This document shows, piece after piece, positions 48,008 to 57,073 of a stretch of 64,000 nt of DNA. The stretch is from Pyrobaculum sp. 3827-6 (lineage in GTDB: Archaea; Thermoproteota; Thermoprotei; Thermoproteales; Thermoproteaceae). The first letter of the stretch is position 1. Each line of letters starts with the position of its first letter. The translations under genes and the position numbers were made by a program. The DNA lies in the NCBI RefSeq assembly GCF_025641885.1, contig NZ_JAOTQN010000001.1:1200547-1264546 (forward strand), given 5' to 3'. The notes under the pieces were generated by a model, which saw only the letters and a list, made by a program, of their open reading frames with translations, had not been told where the DNA came from and searched no databases.

Positions 48008-48284
48008 CTACAATAAAGACTAACCAAACACAACCTACGTCTCAAATAAGCTAGGCTGAATTGAAATATAAGACAAGCAGGTGAAGAAAATCTGCCCTTA
48101 AAATCCATTACTTAAGTTAAGAAGTAGTGACCTAAGCGATTATCTCGCCACATCTAACAACGGACGGCTATTAGAGTTAAGCCACACAAAGGTAACTGAT
48201 ACATTTATCAACACAACTCCAGTTTTTAAAGACTAATATATACTTATAAGATGCTCCAAACATACTACAGTTATTACTAAATTA

Positions 48285-48842
48285 TCAACTAGAATATTCG
48301 AAATTGTTCTCCGCCTCAGCGAGGGGCGGGCAGTTGCGGTCTTTCTGGCTTAGTATTGCCTTTTCGGGGGCGGGCCATCTTATCCCGAGGGCCGGGTCGT
48401 CCCACTTGGCGCATCTATCCCGCTGGGGGTCGAACTCCTTAGTCACTAGGTAGAGGAGGAGGGTCTCCTCGAGGGCTTGGAACCCGTGGGCGAAGCCAGG
48501 CGGAATCCAAAGCGCCCTGCCCGGCACGAGCTCAACGGCGACGTACCTCCCAAACCACGGCGAGCCCCTCCTAATGTCAACGGCGACGTCAAAGACGCGG
48601 CCCCTCACTACGGTGACCAGCTTACCCTGCTCAGAAGGCTTAAGCTGGTAGTGCAGGCCCCTAACCACGTAGGGCCTTGAATATGATAGATTCACTTGGA
48701 CAAAGTCGTATGGGAGGCCCGCCGCCAGATACTCCCCCCGCTTCCACAGCTCTGTGAAGAACCCCCGCTCGTCCTCGAAAATCTTGTACTCGAAGAGGAT
48801 CACGTCCGGTATCTCCAGCCTCCTAGCGCCGACCAGCGGCAT
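48285..48842 (-). CDS. rmlC: dTDP-4-dehydrorhamnose 3,5-epimerase
   Basis: Cupin-fold RmlC motifs (RGLHYQ, FDVAVDIRRGSPWFG, WIPPGFAHGF). Confidence 0.85.
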   Translation of the reverse strand: MPLVGARRLEIPDVILFEYKIFEDERGFFTELWKRGEYLAAGLPYDFVQVNLSYSRPYVVRGLHYQLKPSEQGKLVTVVRGRVFDVAVDIRRGSPWFGRYVAVELVPGRALWIPPGFAHGFQALEETLLLYLVTKEFDPQRDRCAKWDDPALGIRWPAPEKAILSQKDRNCPPLAEAENNFEYSS

Positions 48843-49683
48843 GTCCCATATCGGCCTTAAACCTATTTAAAGACTCCCCCAAATCCCAGAAGGGGGTTTT
48901 TAGTAGAGATTTCGCCAGCGATACATCCAGACTAGAGTCAGCAGGCCTCCTCGCCACCCACCTCATATCCGCCATCTTGGAGGGCTTGATCAACTCCTTC
49001 GGGAGGCCGAAAGCCTCGGCGATGGCCGTTGCGAACTCCAGACGGGAGAGGCGAGGGCCGGCGACGTGGAGGACGCGCGGCCTGTCGCGTTCAAGAAGCT
49101 CGGCAATTGCCTCCGCCAGCAGGCCGGCGTATGTGGGGGAGTAGAACTGGTCCGCCACAGCGGAGATCACATCGCCCTTAGACAGCCTCTCAACGACGGC
49201 CTCCGGGAAGCTCTTCTTACCGCCCCCCACCCCGTACACCCCGCTGGTCCTCACAACCCAGCCCCCTCTTGCCAGAACAGCCTCCTCGCCCAACAGCTTA
49301 GTCAAGCCGTAGAAGTTGACCGGGCTCGGCACGTCGTCCTCTTTGTACAGCCCCCGGTCGCCGGGGAAGACGTAGTCCGTAGAGATGTAGATAGTCGGCA
49401 TCTTAGAAGCGACCCGCCTGGTGGCCAGGACGTTGGAGCGCCAGCAAGCCGGCCTATCCACCTCGCAGAGATCGACGTCGGTCATCGCCGCGGCGTGTAC
49501 CGCCAAGTCGGCAGGCGGGATGTCCACCTCCGCGAGGTCGCCGACGACCTTCACAAGGCGGGGGTGCTCCACAGGCGGCACCCTTCTATGGAAAACGGCC
49601 ACCACGTCATACCCCTTCTCCAGCAGAACGGCCAGTAGCCTACTGCCGAGAAACCCAGCCGCGCCTGTGAGGAGGACCTTCAC
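48823..49683 (-). CDS. rmlD: dTDP-4-dehydrorhamnose reductase
   Basis: The Rossmann start MKVLLTGAAGFLG and YxxxK (YGLTKLLGE) match the RmlD/SDR-extended family. Confidence 0.85.
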   Translation of the reverse strand: MKVLLTGAAGFLGSRLLAVLLEKGYDVVAVFHRRVPPVEHPRLVKVVGDLAEVDIPPADLAVHAAAMTDVDLCEVDRPACWRSNVLATRRVASKMPTIYISTDYVFPGDRGLYKEDDVPSPVNFYGLTKLLGEEAVLARGGWVVRTSGVYGVGGGKKSFPEAVVERLSKGDVISAVADQFYSPTYAGLLAEAIAELLERDRPRVLHVAGPRLSRLEFATAIAEAFGLPKELIKPSKMADMRWVARRPADSSLDVSLAKSLLKTPFWDLGESLNRFKADMGHAAGRR

Positions 49684-50651
49684 AGCCAGGGCTCGTCCCT
49701 AACCACGTACTCGTCCACCAACGGCTCCCACCACCACCGGTTAGCCACATACCACTCAACGGTGGACCTTAGGCCAGCCTCCCAAGGCGTCTTCGGCCTC
49801 CAGCCCAAGGCCGCCACCCTGTCGCCACGCATGGCGTAGGCCTTGTCGCCGCCAGGCCTGGCGCGGCCGCGCTTGACCTCCCCCCTCCCCAGGATTTTGA
49901 GGACGGCCTCCACCACCTCCCGAACGGTGCGGGGGTTGCCCCCCGGCACGTTGTACACCACATCGCTCCCCCTCTCGGCGATTAAGTCAAGCGCCTCGCA
50001 GAAGTCAGCCACGTATAGGTAGTCTCTCACGTCTGAGCCGTCGCCGTAGATGACGGCCGGCTTCCCAAGAAGGACGCGGACGACGGTGCGGGGGATAAGC
50101 TTCTCCGGATGCTGGTACGGGCCGTACATGTTGCTAGGCCTAACAATCTTCACATCGAGGCCGTAGGTACGGGCATACGACAGCAGGAAGAGGTCGCCCG
50201 ACGCCTTGCTCGCCGAGTAGGGGCTGGAGGGGAGGAGGGGAGAGTCCTCCGCGGCGGGGGCCCTGCCGTACATGTCGCCGTAGACCTCGTCAGTCGAGAT
50301 GTGGACCACCGGCGTCTTCCTCCGCCGGGCCACCTCAGCCAGCGTGTACACGCCCAGGACGTTAGTCCTCACGAAACGCGCCGGCTCGTTTATAGAGCGG
50401 TCCACGTGGGACTCAGCAGCGAAGTTCACCACAAGATCCGGCTTGTGGTCTGCCACAGCCTTGTCGAGAGAAGCCTCGTCAGCCACGTCGCCCTTGACGA
50501 CGGCGATATTGCCGGCGACATCCCGCAGGTTCTCGGGCCTCCCGGCGTAGGTAAAGAGGTCGTACACAACCACCTCCCTGCTCTGCGCCACCCAACGCCT
50601 CACGCAGTTACTCCCCACAAAGCCCGCGGCGCCTATGGCGAAGATCCTCAC
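49680..50651 (-). CDS. rmlB: dTDP-glucose 4,6-dehydratase
   Basis: GAAGFVGSN, catalytic YSASKASGD, 323 aa. Overlaps the rmlD start. Confidence 0.9.
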   Translation of the reverse strand: MRIFAIGAAGFVGSNCVRRWVAQSREVVVYDLFTYAGRPENLRDVAGNIAVVKGDVADEASLDKAVADHKPDLVVNFAAESHVDRSINEPARFVRTNVLGVYTLAEVARRRKTPVVHISTDEVYGDMYGRAPAAEDSPLLPSSPYSASKASGDLFLLSYARTYGLDVKIVRPSNMYGPYQHPEKLIPRTVVRVLLGKPAVIYGDGSDVRDYLYVADFCEALDLIAERGSDVVYNVPGGNPRTVREVVEAVLKILGRGEVKRGRARPGGDKAYAMRGDRVAALGWRPKTPWEAGLRSTVEWYVANRWWWEPLVDEYVVRDEPWL

Positions 50652-50672
50652 GGCTTGAGCAACAGCCCTCTT

Positions 50673-51725
50673 TTAAAGCTCTACCACCGAGTAGTCCGAA
50701 ATGTGTAGCCTCACGTAGCGCCTCGCGTTTGAGGCCACCCGGGCGTAGCGCCCCACCAGCGACTCCTCCAGCCGCTCAACCCCCTCCACCACGGCCCCCT
50801 CCATCAAGACGCTGTACTCCACAGAGCTGTTCCTAACCACGGCGCCGTCCCCCACGCTGGTGTACGGCCCAATAAAGGACCCCTCAATAACGGCGCCCCT
50901 CCCGACGACGGCGGGGCCCCGGACAGTGCTGTCCTTAACGACGGCGCCCTCCTCCACCACGACACGGCCCTCGATTTTGCTGTCCTCGACCCGGCCTCTG
51001 ACCTCCCTCTTGGCGTATTCGTCGAGGAGGAGGGCGTTTGCGGCGAGAACGTCGTCTTTCTTCCCCACGTCCAGCCACCAGCCGTCGTGCACCGCGTAGT
51101 CAACGCGGCGGCCGTCCTTAAGCATTAGGTCTAGGGCGTCGGTGATTTCGTACTCGCCGCGCCAGGAGGGCTTGAGCCGCTTGATGTATTCGAAGATCGT
51201 TGGCGTGAAGAAGTAGACGCCGACGAGGGCGTATCTAGACGGCGGTTGCCTGGGCTTCTCCACGAAGCCCGACAGCCTCCCCCCGTCGAACACAGCCACG
51301 CCGAAGCGCGTCGGGTCCTCCACCTCCTTAAGCAAAACCATTGCGTCTGCCCCAGCGTCTACGAAGCGCTTGGCGTACCGCGCCACCCCGCCCTGCAGAA
51401 GGTTATCGCCCAAATATACAAGGAATGGGCCGTTTACAAGGCCCTCTGCCAGAGAAACCGCGTGGGCAAGGCCGAGAGGCCTCTCCTGCACGAGGTACTC
51501 CACCGATACGCCAAAGCGGGAGCCATCCCCCACATACTCCGCAATCTGCTCCCGGTTATGCGGACCCACCACAATGAAGACCTCCTTTACGCCAGCCTCG
51601 GCGATTTGCGAAAGAACCCAGCCAAGCACCGGCCTATTGGCGAGGGGTACGAGATGCTTAGTAAAGGAAAGAGAAGTAGGCCTAAGGCGGGTTGCATAAC
51701 CACCGGCCAAGACTATGGCGTCCAC
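50673..51725 (-). CDS. rmlA: Glucose-1-phosphate thymidylyltransferase, long form with C-terminal left-handed beta-helix
   Basis: The N-terminal MDAIVLAGGYATRLRPTSLSFTKHLVPLANRPV is the sugar-1-P nucleotidylyltransferase motif. The C-terminal ~110 aa are hexapeptide repeats (GAVVKDSTVRGPAVVGRGAVIEGSFIGPYTSVGDGAVVRNS). Confidence 0.85.
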   Translation of the reverse strand: MDAIVLAGGYATRLRPTSLSFTKHLVPLANRPVLGWVLSQIAEAGVKEVFIVVGPHNREQIAEYVGDGSRFGVSVEYLVQERPLGLAHAVSLAEGLVNGPFLVYLGDNLLQGGVARYAKRFVDAGADAMVLLKEVEDPTRFGVAVFDGGRLSGFVEKPRQPPSRYALVGVYFFTPTIFEYIKRLKPSWRGEYEITDALDLMLKDGRRVDYAVHDGWWLDVGKKDDVLAANALLLDEYAKREVRGRVEDSKIEGRVVVEEGAVVKDSTVRGPAVVGRGAVIEGSFIGPYTSVGDGAVVRNSSVEYSVLMEGAVVEGVERLEESLVGRYARVASNARRYVRLHISDYSVVEL

Positions 51726-51865
51726 TTATGCACCGGTACTGAGTATTATTAAGTTTTGACATAGATTAAACGACTACATACGTACTGTGTTGGTGCATCA
51801 TTAACCTTTTCTGGATACCGCCGTGGCGGCGCCGTGTGTGCGGCGGAAAAGTTTATAATTTCGTG

Positions 51866-51950
51866 TGTAGAAGAGAGGCGCCGGGCGGGCTCCCCTAAGC
51901 TCCCTGTCTTCAGAAGTCTGTCCGCGTGGGTCCGGTCATCGCCCGCCCGG
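51866..51950. repeat. Conserved hairpin element (GGCGGGCTCCCC...GTCATCGCCCGCCCGG), three copies in the window
   Basis: Near-identical ~70-nt sequences at 51866-51950 and 61090-61172, with a partial third copy at 62603-62650. A terminal inverted repeat CGGGCGGGC/GCCCGCCCG closes a ~50-nt loop region. Confidence 0.5.
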
Positions 51951-52072
51951 CGAATGTAATTATGCCGAGGGTTTAAGAATTGGATATGGGAAGGGTTTGT
52001 GGTTTTTCGTGTTGTCTAGGTTTTTGGCTGAGTTTGTGGGCGGCGGATGTGAGGATCGCCTAGGTGCGGCGG

Positions 52073-52630
52073 CTAGCGGAGGCTTGTCTTGAGCTCTTCC
52101 AGTGCCTTTTCCAGTTCTTGGCTCCACTTGACGCGGAGTTTGAGGAACTCGGCGTATCTAATCACTCCCTGGACTAGCTTAACCACGTCGTAAGCCGCCT
52201 CCTCGCTACTTCTGTACTTAGAGAGGGCCATATCCGGATCCGGCCCGTGGTACTGGTAGTCGTGGAGGTCGAGGGCCTTGTCAGTCCACAGAGAGATGTC
52301 GGGGTGGCCTATCTGCTCCAGCATCTGAGAGAGGGTTTTCATCCTCCCAGTGGGCAGTCGGGGCACCGCCGTCGACTCAAGCCACTTCCTCTCCTCCTCA
52401 GTCTTGGCGAGAGATTTCAGCTTGTCTAGCTCCAGCCTCAATAAGGCGGCCATAAACGCCCTCCACGCCTGGAAGGCCTTGCCGGCGGCGTTTCTAACGA
52501 GGCCCTCCTCGAGGTATCTCAACGCCAGCCGGGCCTCCACCAGGGCCTCTAGGAGGCGGGCTGTTACATAGCCTTCGCTGGTGGGTTTAGGTAGGGGCTT
52601 ATCCAAAGTCTTTGCCAGAACCACGTCCAC
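52073..52630 (-). CDS. PaREP1-related helical protein (EGLVRNAAGKAFQAWRA subfamily)
   Basis: 185 aa. Paralog of 16561..17130 and 55232..55783 with ~60% identity by eye. Confidence 0.6.
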   Translation of the reverse strand: MDVVLAKTLDKPLPKPTSEGYVTARLLEALVEARLALRYLEEGLVRNAAGKAFQAWRAFMAALLRLELDKLKSLAKTEEERKWLESTAVPRLPTGRMKTLSQMLEQIGHPDISLWTDKALDLHDYQYHGPDPDMALSKYRSSEEAAYDVVKLVQGVIRYAEFLKLRVKWSQELEKALEELKTSLR

Positions 52631-52753
52631 ACTAGCCAGTTTATATTTAACTAATGTGGCTTTTGGTAGCCGCCGCTCTGTAGTGGGCAGGCGTGTGGGC
52701 TGGGGTGGTGGCTGTAGGCACCTACCTCAACACCCCCGCGTCTTTACCGGTGT

Positions 52754-53350
52754 CTAGCGTCTTTGTGCGCGGCTCTGGAGTATTTTCCTTGCCTCGTCTA
52801 GCATTTTCTTGACTTTGTCTACGCCTGTCTTTACGTATTCTATGGTTAGCTTGCCTTCGTGAAATCCCCAGACGTGTAGGTCGTATGCGGCGTTCCAGCC
52901 GTCTTGGATCCAGTCGCCTAGGTTTTTGGCGAGGGTTTTGCTCGCCATGCTGAGCAGGTAGGTGTACCACCTGCCCTCTCTGAGGAACCTGCCGTATTCG
53001 GGGGTTCTGTATTTCTCCGCCAGGGCCTTTACCACCTCTTCGGCGGCTTTGTAGGCCTTTTCGCTGGCCTGCACGGCGTCGCCCTTGTTTACGTACTCCT
53101 GGCACTCCTCCATGTACCTCTCGGCGAGTTTGAGCCTCTTCCTGGAGCTCTCCTCGGGATCCCCGGCGCTTAGGGCGTCAAGTGGGAGTTCCTCTACGTT
53201 AATTCCTCTCTTTTCCAGCTTTTTGATAAGCTCCTCCAAGGTGTGGTTGGGAACTTTATCTTTAAATCTCTCCCCAGTGCCGGGCAACTGGGCGCACCGC
53301 CGCGCGGAGGTGCAGATGCGCGTCCTGGGCGCGCTGAAGAGGCGGCGTGT
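52754..53350 (-). CDS. PaREP1-family protein (start uncertain, no in-frame ATG near the domain start)
   Basis: Core SEKAYKAAEEVVKALAEKYRTPEYGRFL...LGDWIQDGWNAAYDLHVWGFHEGKLT is paralogous to 14066 and 38371. The track ORF extends to 53464 through Arg/Pro-rich non-coding-looking sequence. Confidence 0.55.
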   Translation of the reverse strand, partial: TRRLFSAPRTRICTSARRCAQLPGTGERFKDKVPNHTLEELIKKLEKRGINVEELPLDALSAGDPEESSRKRLKLAERYMEECQEYVNKGDAVQASEKAYKAAEEVVKALAEKYRTPEYGRFLREGRWYTYLLSMASKTLAKNLGDWIQDGWNAAYDLHVWGFHEGKLTIEYVKTGVDKVKKMLDEARKILQSRAQRR

Positions 53351-53818
53351 GGGTGGATTTTGGGAGCCCCCCAGACTTAAAAACCTAGGCCTAGGGCAGA
53401 GCCGTCTCCTGGGAGTTTTGTAGACAATGCAAGTTCTGCGGCGGCCGCCGCGTCTTTGAGGCATTTACCCGACGCGGGACGCGCGGTCAGGGCGGCTGTC
53501 GTGCGTCGGTGGGGGCGGTCTTTCAATTCTAAGGGCCTGCCCCCCGTCGGCGAGCACCGCTTCGACGCTTGGGTTAGAGGCGGCCTAACGCCCTCTACGC
53601 CACCACGATGGACACGGCCTATACCTGTGTTAGAGCCGCTTCCTCGGCTTGCAGGTGGGAGCGGCGGCCTTCCACGCGCGGTTCCCGCCGTGTGTTCTCT
53701 AAGGACTGCATTGCGGCCCGCGCCCGATCGCTTGGTGGTTGAGCGGTGCGTTCCGCAAGCCGGAGGCGCGACGTCCTCTCGACTAGGCTTCTATTTAAAC
53801 CGGGAGAGTAGCTTCCAT

Positions 53819-54571
53819 ATGCGGCTGTTGGAACAGCTTGATAGGGTGAAGAGGTATCTGGCCCTGCTGAGGGAGAGGCTGGAGGGGGGTGGGGACTTGT
53901 TTGCCCTTGAGCGCCTCGCGGAGCTCGTGGCCCAGTCTGTCCTCGACCTGGCGGCTATGTGGGCGGCGGCTGAGGGGGGCGAGAAGCCGGCCACCTATAG
54001 GGATCTGGCGGCTTTTTTGGCGAGGAAGATCGGGGGCCATGGGGAGTTCCTGAGGCGCCTCGCCTCATTTAGGAATATAATCGTACATAGATACTATCAG
54101 CTGGACGAGGCGAGGGAGCTGGAGGCCTTCCGCGAGATCGCCTCCACTATGCCGCAGATAGTCGAGGCCCTGGAGGCGAAGTTGCCCGGCGACCCCTGTA
54201 TCGACGACGTGGGGAGGCTGAGGGAGGTTTTCGAGAGGCACGGCGTGGCATACGTCGTCGTCTTCGGCTCCGTCGCCAAGAAGGGGTGCGGCCGCGATCT
54301 TGACCTAGCCGTCAAGTTCACGAGGCCGGTAGGTCTGTGGGATCTCGCGGGCTTCGCGGCCGACGTGGCGGAGGCCCTGGGCCTCGACTACGGACAAGTA
54401 GACGTGGTGGACATAGACACGGCGCCCCCCGGCGTCCTCCTATCTATCCTCGAGGGAGTACCTGTGTACAACGAGGAGAGGGCTAGGGAGGACCTGGCGC
54501 GGAGGTACATAGAGCTTCTAGACGTAGGCGAGGCCTGGCGCGCCGCACAGCAAAGGCTCGCGAGGCGGTGA
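53819..54571 (+). CDS. Fused HEPN (DUF86) - minimal nucleotidyltransferase single-polypeptide protein
   Basis: An N-terminal HEPN with FRNIIVHRYYQLD (Rx4HxY) is followed by the NTase motif VVVFGSVAKKGCGRDLDLAV. The start is taken at MRLLEQLDRV (53819). The track ORF's upstream 120 aa look non-coding. Confidence 0.65.
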   Translation: MRLLEQLDRVKRYLALLRERLEGGGDLFALERLAELVAQSVLDLAAMWAAAEGGEKPATYRDLAAFLARKIGGHGEFLRRLASFRNIIVHRYYQLDEARELEAFREIASTMPQIVEALEAKLPGDPCIDDVGRLREVFERHGVAYVVVFGSVAKKGCGRDLDLAVKFTRPVGLWDLAGFAADVAEALGLDYGQVDVVDIDTAPPGVLLSILEGVPVYNEERAREDLARRYIELLDVGEAWRAAQQRLARR

Positions 54572-55231
54572 GGACACACACAGACAAATCCAGCCCCCCG
54601 GTCCCTCGGCCTCTTGGTCAACAGACAACTAGCCCATCCTCCATCTGCTTCTCTGGATTTAGGACCTGTCCGTCGGTCACCACATGGGGCCTGGGCAATC
54701 GCCGAACCCGCCTGCGTGTCCGCGCTGAGCGGGTAGATTCGTCAGTTAGCGAACGCACCGGACCCCACGGAGGCGTACACGACCCCTATAGCGGCGGAAG
54801 CGGTCCTGAAGACTGCGAGAGGGGAATGCGAGGCAACGCTAATTGGCTCGTTACTCCCGTCTGGCGCCACTTTGACCTTGCGGCCTCTCGGAATCCCTAC
54901 TCCCTTTCAACTACGGTTCCCAAAGAGCCGCGCCAGCACCTACACGGCTATGTCTACACACGACGCCTCAACCCCATCCAGTAGCCCTCCACCCCCCGCG
55001 GTGTGGTTTTTTCATAGACGGCGTTTGCGAACGCATTGCGTTGATTACGGCTATGCCATTCGACATCCCCCACAGCCTCTTCTTACCCCCTCGGGGACTA
55101 CAGAACGATCCACGCTAGTCTCATCCCACTACTGCGTGTAAGCGTGGTTATTCACAAAGCTGTTTAATTTTCGCAAGCTGTCGGGATAAATTTTATTCCC
55201 CATAACAAGCTTTAAAGGGTGTGGAGTATAT

Positions 55232-55783
55232 GTGGATGTGAGAGTTTTGGAGAAGCCCCTCCCCAAGCCCTCTGCGGAGGACTACGTCTCTGCCCGCCTT
55301 CTGGAGGCTCTTGTGGAGGGCTGGCTTGCTGTTAGGTTTCTAAAGGAGGGCCTCGTTAGAAACGCCGCGGGGAAGGTCTTCCAGGCGTGGAGGGCGTTGC
55401 TGGCGGCTCTGCTGAGGCTTGAACTTGACAAATTGAAATCCCTTGCCAAGACTGAGGAGGAGAGGAGATGGCTTGAGTCGACGGCTGTGCCTAGAGTGCC
55501 CACCAGCAGAATGACTGCGCTGTCGCAGATGCTTGAGGAGGTTGGACACGCTAAGATTGCCCTCGGCACTGCCCTGGCGTTTAATCTCCACGACTACCAA
55601 TACCACGGGCCTGATCCCGACATGGCGTGGTCAAAATACCGCACAAGAGAAGAAGCCGCAAAAGACATGGTCTTGTTATTGAGGGAGCTCGCCGAGAGGG
55701 TGAAAGCGTTAAGGGGGAGAGTCAAGTGGAGCGGCGAGTTAGAGGAGTCGTTGAAGGAGTTAATGAGGGAGCTGGCGACGTAG
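55232..55783 (+). CDS. PaREP1-related helical protein (EGLVRNAAGKVFQAWRA subfamily)
   Basis: 183 aa. Paralog of 52073..52630. Confidence 0.6.
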   Translation: MDVRVLEKPLPKPSAEDYVSARLLEALVEGWLAVRFLKEGLVRNAAGKVFQAWRALLAALLRLELDKLKSLAKTEEERRWLESTAVPRVPTSRMTALSQMLEEVGHAKIALGTALAFNLHDYQYHGPDPDMAWSKYRTREEAAKDMVLLLRELAERVKALRGRVKWSGELEESLKELMRELAT

Positions 55784-56037
55784 CCGTATATATTTTTGGG
55801 TTTTGCGCTTCACTACAGTCGTGGAGACTTGGGGGTTGGAGATCGGCTGGTTTGGTTGTTGGGCGGTTGGATAGCCGTGGTGGTGTGGGGATAACTGCCT
55901 TATATACCGGGTGGCGGTCTGGAGTTTTCTGATGTATCTGCGTAGCTGTGCCTTACTGCGGCTGTAGGGGATTGTGGATGCAGAATAAGATGCCGAAATT
56001 CTGACATCTGGGAATTTTTTATAAATCTGTTATTCTG

Positions 56038-56268
56038 TTGTGTATGAGGGTTGTTAAAGTGTCTAAGAAAAACACAGTGTATATACCTAAGGAGATCGCC
56101 GACGCGCTGGGCATTGGAGAGGGGTCACTGCTGGAGCTCCGGGTAGAGGGAGGCACACTGGTGGCCGTGCCGATCCCCAGCCCACTTAAGCTAGCCCTTG
56201 AGGGGCCGAAGTTCGCCAAGACCACTGTGGAGGAGTTTGAGAGGGGGAGCGAGGAGGGGCAGTCGTGA
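56038..56268 (+). CDS. vapB: AbrB/MazE/SpoVT-type antitoxin (VapB)
   Basis: 76 aa. KNTVYIPKEIADALGIGEGSLLELRVEGGTLVAVPI is the swapped-hairpin beta-barrel antitoxin signature. It overlaps the downstream PIN gene by 4 nt. Confidence 0.65.
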   Translation: MCMRVVKVSKKNTVYIPKEIADALGIGEGSLLELRVEGGTLVAVPIPSPLKLALEGPKFAKTTVEEFERGSEEGQS

Positions 56269-56640
56269 AGAGGGTACTTCTCGACACCTCGTTTATCCTG
56301 CCCATACTGGGGGTCGAGGTGGAGGGGGCGGCGCTGGTGCTGAAGAGGCTCTATACGCTGTCGAGGAGAGGTGAGGTGGAGCTTTACTACTCGGATTTCT
56401 CCATACTAGAGGCTTTGTGGAAAATTGCAAAAACCAATTTTGATATTAAGAGAGTGGAGATGGGACTTAGAAGTATTGAACTGGGCCTCCGGAAGGCCTA
56501 CGCAGACCGCCGCGTCTTTCTAAAGGCTCTGGAGCTCAGGAGGGGGGCCATCGGGATGTGGTAGCTCTGCTTCTCTACGCAACCGCCGCAAGAAACCACC
56601 TTAACTCGGAAATTCCTCTTGCGTGAGTTGGATCCCCCAG
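56265..56640 (+). pseudogene. PIN-domain toxin (vapC), frameshifted and truncated
   Basis: The N-terminus MKRVLLDTSFILPIL stops at 56564. The PIN C-terminal motif continues in another frame (DVVALLLYATAARNHLNSEIPLA) and then terminates early. Confidence 0.5.
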
Positions 56641-56754
56641 CCGTAGGGTAGGCGGAGTCCGGCTAGAGCCGGGGCGTTGCGCCGTGTTGGGCAGGTTCCG
56701 CCACTCTGGTTTTACGAGGTGTTTGTGGCTTGTGCCGTCTCAATTTTGACGTAT

Positions 56755-57036
56755 TTAGCTTGGAGCCGTCTCATCTCTCCTCGTCATTAGGTGTATTTCT
56801 AGGGGGTAGCCGCTGGGTAGTCCGCGTCTCTCGGCTCTTTCAATTATCTCGAGGACTATCCCCGCCCTCTCGAAGGCACTCTTAGGGACTTCGTCTATCA
56901 CCACGGCTATGTCTATGTCGCTACTGGCGGTCAGCCTGCCCTCTGCGGCCGAGCCGAAGACGTACACCTCGGCGCCGCCGAGGACCTCCTTTACTGCCTC
57001 TGCGACAAGCGGGGCGTATTCACGCCACCTGAGCAA
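56755..57036 (-). CDS. Minimal nucleotidyltransferase (MNT)
   Basis: VYVFGSAAEGRLTASSDIDIAVVI is the GSxxxG...DxD motif. 93 aa. Confidence 0.75.
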   Translation of the reverse strand: MLRWREYAPLVAEAVKEVLGGAEVYVFGSAAEGRLTASSDIDIAVVIDEVPKSAFERAGIVLEIIERAERRGLPSGYPLEIHLMTRRDETAPS

Positions 57037-57073
57037 CTTCTTAAGCCTCTCCGCCTGGTGTCTTGCTACTATG

